This document shows, piece after piece, positions 40,301 to 52,300 of a DNA stretch of 64,000 nucleotides. The position numbers and the translations under genes were made by a program. The notes beneath the pieces are model-generated. The model was not told where the DNA came from, searched no databases, and was given only the letters and a program-made list of their open reading frames with translations. Every line of letters starts with the position of its first letter. Within the stretch, counting starts at the first letter, position 1. Where the stretch lies: positions 20,192,531 through 20,256,530 of the forward strand of contig CM119268.1 in assembly GCA_051294375.1 (NCBI GenBank), given 5' to 3'. This DNA is from Paraspadella gotoi (lineage: Eukaryota > Animalia > Chaetognatha).

Positions 40301-43300
40301 TCTCTGCGTTGCCAAAGCGAGACCGTCCTAGGGTAACCGCGCCAGTGACTGGAGGCATCACTGAGGGTCGGAAGCCCCCAAAGCCAACAGTGAGATGCCC
40401 CATCCCAATGGGCATCACAGGCAACCCGGCTGTTGCCATAGTACCTCATTTTATAATATGAATCCTTCTGTAATTGCTTATTGCTTAAAGCACATGGCTT
40501 ATTGCTTTTAGCTTATCCTTCTCTTCCTTTCTCTACAGCCAGCGCCGCTGTCGCCGGTCCAGGCTCCGCCCCAGCCGCTGCTCCGACTTCCAGCGCGGCA
40601 GTTGTCGGCGGCGGCGCTGCCCCCGCTGGCCTTATCTACATCGATCCCTCAACCCTGCGACGGACGGCGAATTCGGTGACGGCGGCCGCCGCAGCCGCCG
40701 CCCTTCAGGCTCAGTCGGAACAGGCACAGACCATGCTGTCGACATCGGCCGGCCTGGCACGCGCCTTCTCCATCGTAATTCGTATGGTGGCGGACTTGAT
40801 GTCTATGGTGACGGAGGACGACTCTTACGCGACGCACGCGCCATCCCTCGCCTGCGTCCTGCAGGTCACTGCTTCGAGGGACCTGCCCGTCATGCAGGCT
40901 TATTTGGAGAGGAGGCTGGGTGAGGAAATTGATTTTATTTTTGTATGCTTTTTGTTTTTGTATTGCATCCATTTCACCGTTCCCCTTTCATTAGCCCCGA
41001 CCTGGGAGTGGCTTTGCACCATCATGGATTCAACCGAAGCTCAACTTCGTTTCGGCGCCGCGCTCAACAACCTCACTACTCAACCAGCGCCGTCCTTTCC
41101 TTCCGGATCCCACGCCGGCGCATCCTCCACGACTCCCGGCGTTGCCAGCGTCATTAACTCCTTGGCGGGCGGCGCTCTTGGCTCGCGAGCCACGGGGTTC
41201 TCCAGCAGCGGCGTCCCGACATCGTCAGCCTCGTCGTCCGCGGCGGCGGCCGTGGCGTCGGGCCTCACGCGGCAACAAGCCATGGAGGCCAGACGTAGGC
41301 GGCTGTTGACCACAACGTGAGTAGCGTTTACATTGATGGACATTTTTTGGATAAATATTACAGAAGGCTTCATATTATAAAATGAGCTACTGTGGAACAA
41401 CAACAACAACAACAACAACACGCAACCTCGGTCAAAACTGTCCTTACCAACCTTACCCTCATTCTCTTTACGGTCAAACCTTGACCTTGTAAATATCCAT
41501 TGTTATAGACTTAGCATCTGAGCCTTTTGACTGTTATCGTTTTTAACCTTGTTGAAGAATAAATCATTCTTACTCTGAAACTTGTTGCGTACACACGTGG
41601 TGAGCCCCGTGAAAAACAAAACAAAACAAAAATGTGTTGAGAGATATTTTGTTTATTTCTTTTTTATCTTCGCAATCGCTTAGCGTTTGCGACAATATTG
41701 TAACGCTTTTGCCCATAAGTGGCGGCGTCCTCGTCGTTGTCGTCGGCGTTCCAAATTATAGATCGTGTAGCAGCTCAAGTGACGATGACAACAACAACAA
41801 CAACAAACGACCACAACAACGACGATCAAGTTCACTGCCCATTATTCGACCACTTGACCTTGGGTCAGGTTTCACCTCACTCACTTGAACGTTGACCATT
41901 GAATTGTTATTGTTTTTTCTCTTTTTGGTTTTTACTATTGTTATTGACTTTTCGTTATGGTTTACTTTTATTTTTTGGATTATAACCTTTTTTGTTTCCT
42001 TAAAGAAAAATTGCCTCAATATTTTTTGGCTAAAAAATATTCGTCACTTGAGTCAACTACAAACGCTTTTTTTATGATTAAATTTGGGTGTATAAGACAC
42101 AATGAAAAATGGCGTAACGTTACTGTTCCGTGCAATATTATTATATTTCTTTTTATTTTTTGAAACATTATAGTTTCATATGTTGATATCCAAAATATCA
42201 ATGCAAAATCTTTTTTTGTTTTTTTAGATATGACTGAATATAGGATAAAAGATGATAATTTTTTTTAAAAAGTTACTTATTCATATTTATTCATAGAATT
42301 GTAGTAGAAAAAAATAAATAAAAATAATAGTACGAATAGTTAGTATTATGTCTCAAATAGATGGAAAAAAACCTCATTTAAAAATTCAATCAGGAAGTGG
42401 GGTAATTAAGGCTTACAATGGCATCCTCTACGCCGATTGTTCTTTCAAATAATTTTTTTTATTTAAATACATTTGAAAGGAAAAAAAAAATTCGGAATGC
42501 AGGTTATAGAAAGGTTACAGATAATCTGGACTTACTGACATGATAACCATGACCGTTTATATCTTGTGAAATGGGGGCAGTAAAGAAATCTAAAAAATTT
42601 GATCATTAAGTCAGTCAATGAACCCTTTCTAATGAGCTATTACGAGAAATATTTTTTCTTAAATTTAAAAGAAAATTATCAATACAATTTAATACAATGA
42701 TGTTATGCTTTGTTAAATATGTTGCCAGCTATATAATTTTTTTAAAACTTATGATAAGCAAGCAGTGTGTCAAGCTTTTAGTTTGCAGTTAAAGATAATG
42801 AAAAATGACGATTTTTTTTCACAGACAAGAAGGTCGATGTCCAGACTGTTTATATCAAGCTGAAGACATTTTTGTATTTATCATTTTTGATATTTAAAAA
42901 GACATTTTTTCAAGCTACAACAAAAATTTTTGTTTTTTTACTTTAAATTACCTTTTGATTATTATTAAATTTTCTTTATTCCATAAAATTTCTTTTTCGG
43001 TTAGTCTTTCCTTTTTCAAATTACAAAAGAAAAATAAAAAATTTCTTATGCCTTCATTGAAATTTTTAAAGCAAAAAACTGTTATACTTTTAACTCTGAT
43101 TTAAACAAAAGCTGTGTAAAGATTTATAGATTTAATTTAATAAAACTTTTTTAGAAAGGTGTTCCATGATTAGGGCTTTAATTTGATACCACACCCACCT
43201 TGCTACCTCTTTTCTTTCAAAAGTTATTTAAAAAAATAACTTTTTTTAAACTACGCAGTACAAATCTTTGTTAAATAAAAATTTTGGCAAAGTGGGAGTA

Positions 43301-46300
43301 TCTTATTTTTATTGGTACAATATTTAAATTTTAAAATAAAACTTGAAGAAAAATTTTTTTGTCATTTGGAGACATCACTTCCAGATGTACCCATCGTATA
43401 ATAATGGATTTATTTATTTCCCCAAAAAAAGCTTAATTAGAAAAGTTGAAATTTTTTCAAATTGTTGGGAAAAAAATTTCGCCCGATCTATGCTCATTGA
43501 GAATAATGGTTTTGCATAGAAAATCAAAATATTAAAAAAAAAAAAAAATCGGCCTCTAGAAAAATTGAAAGGCTTGAGGCTGATTTTTTTAGAATTGCAA
43601 AATTTTTAAACTAACTCGAAATCCATTATTCTCAAGTTTCAAAATATTTTTTTTCAAAATCATTCAATCAATTTTTTTTATTGTTTGAAAGAATTGAAAA
43701 AAAAAAATATAGTAATTATATAAGGTTTTTGAAAATACCTCTAAAATATTAAATAATTAGACACAAGGGGAGTAAGCAGAAAAAACTTCCCATTCATAAA
43801 AAAAATGAAAATAAATTTGTTATATTGTTATTTAGATTAATTGACTAATTACAAACAAATGATTTATATAAATTGAGGAAATGATGGGTAAAAAATATTC
43901 ATCTTGGTCTCGGTTAACTATTAAGTTATCGTTAAAGTTTTGTTTTAATAATATTAATATTTTTTTGCATTTATAAAAGCAATGGTCGAAAATTTTATAA
44001 GCGTTTCGAGCTATATTGCTTCATCTGTTTTACTATTTTTATCTAGTTAGCTTTTTTGTTGATGGTCAAGGGTTATGGTCAGACATAATAATGTCCAGTA
44101 ATGTATATCGCACATATTTTGGGAACTCAAATGATTTGAAAAACGACGACGACGAAGTCTTTGTACTTTGTGACCTGTAGTGGTCAGTAAGAATGACCTG
44201 ATTACATCCGACAATGAATGACCTTGTTATGGCTGACCTTTTCAGCCAATGTAAATACGTTGTTGTTGTTGTAATTTTTAGCGTTTTTGCGTTTTTGAGT
44301 CACCGCAATATTACCAAAAGTAATAATCAATTAATTTGGCTCAGAAACAATTTTAAAGGGACAAAATCAGCACGAGACCGTTTCGCCACATTATTTTTCA
44401 TTGTGTCATAAAGCTGAAAATTTATATACAGCTTCTCATCATCAATGTGCTTAAAATTGAATCTGGACAGTTATTAAATATGTTTTGTTTACGTTTTATC
44501 AAACAAACAAATTTTCTCTCTTTTATTTTTATATTTCTTTCTTTCTATTTTCTCTTTTAATTACATGTCGCTCTCCCTCTCTCTTTTCCCTAGTCACTGA
44601 TTCATAGAGAGGGGGAAAAACGAGTCTGCAGCTGGCTTCTGGCAGGGGCTTATTCTTTTTCTCTCTTTTCTCCTGCTGCTTCTGCTTTTTTGATTTCTTT
44701 TTCTGCAGCTGGCTCAGGTGGGCTCTGCAGGGGCTCTCTCTTTTTCTCTTTTCTCCTGCTGCTTCCTTTTGATTTCTTTCCTTTTTTCTGTGTGCCTCTG
44801 CTGCTGCCACTGCTGATTCGTCTGAAAACGATTTGGCTCTCTCTTTCTCTCTCTCTCTCTCTGATTAATTTTTCCCTCTAAAAACTTTTATTATCGCCAT
44901 TTATTCCCAAATTTACATCCGAGATTTTTGTGGATTTTTTTTCCTAAATATTCTAAATATCAATCAGAATAATATTTTTTTAATATATATCTACTTTATT
45001 ATTTTATTTTACTTTACTTCATTTTACTTAACTTTGTCAGTCTGATTCATTATCTAAAATAAAGTTGAGGACAATATTTAAATTCTTCTCAGTAAAAAAA
45101 ATATACCCCTTTTTCTTAGTATTTGAAAAATAAGCTCAATCTTATAAGATTTAAATTTTTGCTTCAACAATTTAATGTTTCATATTAAAAAATTAAGTAA
45201 TTAAAAAAAAATTTTTTTTAGCTGGGTTTTTTTTTGGGTCAGTTTTTTAATGCCAACCCTGATTTATTACCAGCAAAATATTAGTTTATCTTAATTTTCA
45301 GCTTCGTGAATTATATAATATATAATATATATAATATTCACAAAACTAACGTTTTGAAGAGACAATATTGATTGTAATGTGTTAGTGACAGAACCGTTCA
45401 ATATAAGCAGTCCCTGAGCTTCGGATCAGGCTGTAACACCATCTTACAGGCGGGTTAAGCGCCCCGTCCCTCTTAACTGCCAGGTGACCACCGGGCTAGT
45501 TTTAATTGGGCTTTGTGGCGGTATATTCACACCGCCTCACGTCCACCATCCTTCAGCCCCAATTGCAGTCAGAGGTGGAACACACCATCCCAGGCGGTAG
45601 TGTTCCACACAGTCCTAAACGACTTCCTCTGCGTTGGCAAAGCGAGACCGTCCTAGGGTAACCGCGCCAGTGACTTGGAGGCGTCACTGAGGGTCGGAAG
45701 CCCCCCAAAGCCAACAGTGAGATGGCCCCATCCCAATGGGGCATCACAGGCAACCCGGCTGTTGCCATAAGTGGTGAGCCTACTATCGAACACGCAACCT
45801 TCTCAGGGTACGCTACGCACAAACGCCTATGCCCTGCCAACTTCGGGTACCTACGACAAACGCCTATGCCCCTGGGGTACGCTACGACAAACGCCTATGC
45901 CCCCCACAACTCGAGCTCTCTCTCCCCACTATGGAACAGTCTTGTCAGACACCTCTCAGGGCTTGAGGAACCTGAGTGATGTCTTTGGCCCGGGGGATCC
46001 TGTGGCGGTATATTCACACCGCCTCACGTCCACCATTTTCAGCAAATCCATTGCTCAGAGGGGGAACACACCTTCCCAGGCGTAGTGTTCCATCCACGTC
46101 CTAAGACTTCCCTCTGCAGTTGGGCAAAGCGAGACCGTCCTAGGGTAAACCGCGCCAGTGACTGGAGGCTCACTGAGGGTCGGAAGCCCCCAAAGCAACA
46201 GTGAGGATGCCCCATCCAATGGGCATCACAGGCAACCCGGCTGTTGCCATAGCTTCCAATTTTACGAGGCTAATTAAATTTACTTTACTGATGATTTATT

Positions 46301-49300
46301 GATAGAATAATTTACTTAACGTTTAAAACTGATTAACAAACTTATTTCCCTCAGCGCGACGACAGCGGCTTCCGCTCTGGCCGCAGTCGACGGCAACAAT
46401 GCGCGTCGCGACTTTCTCCTTTACGCCCTTTCGCTCATGCGAGCTCACAACAATGAACATTTGGATCTTCTTCCCATGCTAGACATCACCGCTTTAAAAC
46501 ATGTGCGATAATTTTTATAATGATTTTTATTGACAACTTTTAGTTGTAAAAACTACGGTGTTACTAGGGCATTGAATAGTTTTTTTTTTCTAAAATTATT
46601 TACTATGAACCTACATAGGTTGCGTATGTATTTGATTCCCTTGTCTACTACATGCGCGCCGGCATGGAGGGATCGACGCCTAACACGACCGGGGACATGC
46701 CTGGACCAGAGACCCCGGTCGGCCTCCATCCGGCGGCCCCGCTCAGGGAGCGGGAAAACTGGACTACCGGTTCGGCCGAGAACAGCATGGACGTCGCGCC
46801 TGGTGAGAGGATTTAATAGACCTTCGTTTTTTTTTAAATTATCTTATCATTATATTATTTCCTTTCTTTTCGTTGTGTATAAATAGATTTCATTTATTTG
46901 TTGTTAATACATTACACAAAAATGTAATATTTTCTCCCCTCTTCTCTCTCAATATTTCACCATTCGACTCAATTCAACCACTTTCCTTTCTTCTCTCACC
47001 TTACCTTCACCCTGGTCCTCAATAGACACTTCCTTTTCCACTCTGTGTTGGAAAGCCTTTACTCTCTCTCTCTTCTATCCTCTCTCTCTCTAACTCAATG
47101 TTAAAGAGGAAAAATTTGTTATTGAGACAAACGCTGAGAAGCTTAAGAAAAAAGGGTCATTCAATTTAAACTTCAAAATAGGCTAAATGGAGTACAAATT
47201 CGAAAGCTGAGCTACTGGCGATTCCGAAATGTATTCACTTTAAGCATTTGATGCATTCTACCCCATTTTATATCGGTTTTAATTATAATATATAAAATAA
47301 AAGAAACCTATCTGAAGAGTTGCAGGTCAAACGAAAAGGCCCATCCATCTTATATTTTTTATGAATTCTTATTATCTCTGAATTAGAAAATGTAATAGAG
47401 AGACATTTTTAATATTCAACTTGTATCCTTGAAAATGAAACGTTTTTAAACTAAACCCTGATATTCTTCTAACTGGAACGCGTTTATCAAAATGTCCTCT
47501 ATTACATTTTTACAAATGTTTTTAAGATTGCTTAATTAAAATTTTAATTCCATATTATTGCAGTCGTTTAGCTGCAACTCTTCAAATTCAGTGTAGATTC
47601 ATTGTAGCTCGAATTTTTTTACCATCTATTTAACTGAAGATTTTGTTCATGACTGGAAAACCAACAGAGTAACGAGATTAATTGTTTAATTCTCCCTTCT
47701 AAACTATCCCATACCGTGTTTTAACTTCTTACCTAGAATTTTTTAACAACCAGATTGAAAAGAAACTTTTAAAAAATGTGCTTACCCATTTAACTTAAAA
47801 TTTTGTTATTTACCCATTTAAAAAAAATTATTGAAAACAGAATGAACACAAATAAATAAATAAGAACTTATTTCTTTGTGATTACTGAATGACTATAAAG
47901 TATTTCTCGATATATTAGCTCTACACATCAAATGATTACGTATTGTTATGCTGAATGACCTTTCCTTTAAAGCAAGAGCCGAAACATGTCAATGTAAAAT
48001 AAAAATCGTTGTTATCAAACAAACAAACTTTGTTTTTCTCTAACTATTTATACACAACGAAAAGAAAGGAAATAATATAATGATAAGGATAATTTAAAAA
48101 AACGAAGGTCTATTAAAATCCTCTCACCAGGACGGCGCGACGTCCATGCTGTTCTCGCCCGAACCGGTAGTCCAGTTTTCCCGCTCCCTGAGCGGGCCGC
48201 CGATGGAGGGCCGACCGGGGTCTCTGGTCCAGGCATGTCCCCGGTCGTGTTAGGCGTCGATCCCTCCATGCCGGGCGCGCATGTAGTAGACAAGGGAATC
48301 AAATACATACGCAACCTATGTAGGTTCATAGTAAATAATTTTAGAAAAAAAAAACTATTCAATGCCCTAGTAACACCGTAGTTTTTACAACTAAAAGTGT
48401 GTCAAATAAAAATCATTATAAAATTATCGCACATGTTTTAAAGCGGTGATGTCTAGCATGGAAGAAGATCCAAATGTTCATTGTTGTGAGCTCGCATTGA
48501 GCGAAAGGGCGTAAAGGAGAAAGTCGCGACGCGCATTGTTGCCGTCGACTGCGGCCAGAGCGGAAGCCGCTGTCGTCGCGCTGAGGGAAAAAGTTTGTTA
48601 ATCAGTTTTAAACGTTAAGTAAATTACTCACTAAATAATTATCAGTAAAGTAATTTTAATTGCCTCGTAAAATTGGAAAGCTATGGCAATCAGCCGGGTT
48701 TGGCCTGTTGATGCCCATTGGATGGGGCATCCTCACTGTTGGCTTTGGGGGCTTCCGACCCTCAGTGACGCTCAGTCACTGGCCGCGGTTTTACCCCTAG
48801 GGACGGTCTCGCTTGGCCAATGCAGAGGGAAGTCCGTTAGGACTGTGGATGGAACACTACGCCTGGGAAGGTGTGTTCCCCCTCTGAGCATGGATTGCTA
48901 AAGGATGGTGGACGTGAGGCGGGGTTGAATATACGGCCCAGGATCCCGGGCCAAGACATCACTCAGGTTCCTCAAGCCTGAGAGGTGTCTGCACAAGACT
49001 GTTACCATATGATGGGAGAGAGAGCTCGAAGTTGATGGGGGGCATAGTCGTTTGTCGTAGCGTACACCCAGGGGCATAGGCGTTTCGTCGTAGAAGTACC
49101 CGAAAGTTGGCAGGGCTAGGCGTTTGTGCGTAGCGTACCCTGAGAAGGTTGCGTGTTCGATAGTAGGCTCACTCACTAGTGGCAACAGCCGGGTTGCCTG
49201 GTGATGCCCATCTGGGATGGGGCATCTCACGTTGGCTTGTGGGGCTTCCGACCCTCAAGTGAGCCTCCCAAGTCACTGGCAATGCGGTTACCCTAGGACG

Positions 49301-52300
49301 GTCCTCGCTGTATGCCCAACGCAGAGGGAAGTCGTTTAGGACTGTGGCTGGAACACTACGCCTGGGATGGTGTGTTCCCCGACCTCTGAGCAATGGATTT
49401 GGATGNNNNNNNNNNNNNNNNNNNNNNNNNGAGAGAGTAGGAGATTGATGCGAAAGAGAATGACAACGGGGAGATAGCTGGAGAGAGAGAGAAAGAGAGA
49501 GAAAAGATATATTTCAATCTTAAATAGTTAAATTTGTTAGTTTAATTCTTAAATTTGTTATTTTAATCCTTAAAAATTTGTTATTTTTTTATTTCATTTA
49601 TTTTGTGTATACATTACAAAAAATGTAATTATTTTCCTCTCCCTCTGTCTCTCTCAATATTTCACCATTCATATATTTCAACCACTTTCCTCTTCTTCTC
49701 TCCCTTACCTTCACCCTGTCCTCAATTGAACCACTGTCCTTTTCTCACTCTGTGTTGGAAGCTTTACTCGCTCTCTTCTCTCTCTCTCTCTCTCTCTCTT
49801 CCCTCCTCTCCTCTCTCTCTCTAAACTCAATTGTTAAAGAGAAAAATTTGTTATTGAGGACAAACGCTTAGCTTTTAAAGGCAAGAGCCGAAACATGTCA
49901 ATGTAAAATAAAATATCTTGTTATCAAACAAACAAAACTTTGTTTTCTCTACTCAAATAATAACAAATTTAAGGATTAAAATAACAAATTTAAGAATTAA
50001 ACTAACAAATTTAACTATTTAAGATTGAAATATACTTTTCTCTCTCTTTCTCTCTCTCTCTCTAACTCAATGTTAAAGAGAAAAATTTGTTTTTGAGACA
50101 AACGCTGATGAAGGCTTAAAGCAAGAGCCGAAACATGTCCAATGTAAATAAAAATCGTTGTTATCAAACAAACAAACTTGTATTAAAAATTTAGTCTAAT
50201 TTTAGTACTAATTTGATGTATTGATTGTTTTTAGCGACGGTGGGCGACAATCCCAGCGAAACTTCTGACGGCGCTAGTCGTCACTCCCTCGGCGTTGCCG
50301 GCGTCAGCGACCTCGCCGGCGCCGGCGGCGGTGATTCACGTGACTCGATAGACGCAGCGGAAGTCATCGCCTGCACGGGTTGGGAACGAGGTTGAGAGAG
50401 GCTGGGTGAACGATCTGGGTTGGCAAAAATCTGTTTGTTTTTTTTTATCGTCGCAATCGTTTTGTTTACGTTTTATCAAAACAAATTTTCTCTCTTATTT
50501 TCATATTTCTCTCTCTCTCTCTTTTCTCTTTTAATTTCATGTCTCTCTCCCTCTCTCTTTTCCCTATTCACTGATTCATAATCATAGGGAAAAAAAACGA
50601 GTCTGCAGGGGCTTATTCTTTTTCTCTCTTTTCTCCTGCTGCTTCTGCTGCTGCTTTTTGATTTCTTTCTCTGCAGCTGGCTCTGCAGGGGCTCTTTCTT
50701 TTTCTCTCTTTTCTCCTGCTGCTTCGGCTGCTGCCTTTTGATTTTTTTCTTTTTTCTCTCTTTCTCTCTGCGTTTTTATTTAAAAAAAAAATTGAAATAG
50801 GATTGAACTCGTAAAATTAGGCATCGCATTCGTGCATGTTATCATTTTGCTATCGCAACATCGGATTTTTATTTTTTTATTTTTTTATTTTTTTAAATTG
50901 ACAATTGCAAAATAGAATTTTTCTTTCCTCTCTATTCTGTCTTTATATTTATTATTTTCTTCTTTTTCTTTCTGTTTATAAATTATTTTTCTTTTCTCAA
51001 ATTTGATTTTTTTTAGTATCAAAATTTGTCGTCAATCCAGATTTTTCTTACGCGATTGCGACGATCCTATTGCTTTTAAGATTTTTTTTAGTCAGATCTG
51101 CTTATCAGCAGATCCCGACTCTATAATTCACTTTGTCGGTCCGTCGGTCCGCCCCCTCAATATTGTCGGGCACTACCTTATATCATGTCAGAACATCGAA
51201 TTATGATAAATTATGCAAAAAAAATGATATATTTCACTATTTGAACACCAATTGCTCATGAGTGAATGCGGCGATTGACCTGGAATTTTGTATGTGGGTA
51301 GGAAAGTGTGTGATTGAACAGGAAATCAAGTTTCGATAGAATCGTTTGAGTGGAAATAAGTTTAAATGGGAAAAAACAAAAAACCTGCCTCACAAATTGA
51401 TTATGCTTCTTTTTCTTTTTATATTAAATGTATATGCAGGATGTATTAATAAATTAAATAATCAGTTAATTGATCAATTAGTGAATTAATTAATATTTAA
51501 TTAATCAGTCAATCAATCCGTCCATCCGTCCTACCTTAGCCAAAAGCTTCAATAACTTGTGATTACCTGGTTGGATTGGAATGAAATTTTGTGTGTGGGT
51601 AGGAAAGTGTGCAATAAAGTTGGATATAAAGTTTGGATGGAATCATGTGAGTGGAAATGAGTTTAAATGGAAAAAACATAAGTCGCATTTATTAAAATCT
51701 TTTTACTTATTTTAACCAATAAATACTCTAATTAATCATAATTGGATGGATAGATTGAGTTCAAATTTTGTGTGTGGGTAGGAAAGTGTGTGATGAAGCT
51801 TGATATAAAGTTTCGTTACGAGTGGAAATGAGTTTAAATGAAAAAAATATGAGTCACATTTATTTGAATCTTTTTACTTATTTTAATCCATAATAGATTG
51901 AGATGAAATTTTGTGAGCGGGTAGGAAAGTGTGTGAAGAAGCTAGATATAAAGTTTTGACGGAATTCTGCCAGTGGAAATGAGTTTAAATGGAAAAAACA
52001 TAAGTTACATTTACTTGAATCTTTATTATTTATGATTACTAATAAATGTTTTAATTAATTAATTAATGTGAAAAAATGATGCAATTTAAAAAAATATGCA
52101 AGTTGAAAAAATGATGCAAGGTGAAAAAATCTTAAAAGCATACGGATTGTCGCAATTGCAGAGAGAGAGAGAGAGAGAGATAAAAACGAAATAAAAACAT
52201 GATGTTGCGATAGCAAAATGATAACATGCACAAATGCGATGCTTAATTTTACGAGTTCAATCCTAATTCAATTTTTTTTATAATAAAAACACAGAGAGAG

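Larger units (their letters stand above)
38583..40470. mobile_element. TA-TSD TIR family copy with a nested Helentron-like element and a solo LTR
   Basis: CAGAAGGC...CCTTCTG ends flanked by TA. Confidence 0.75.
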
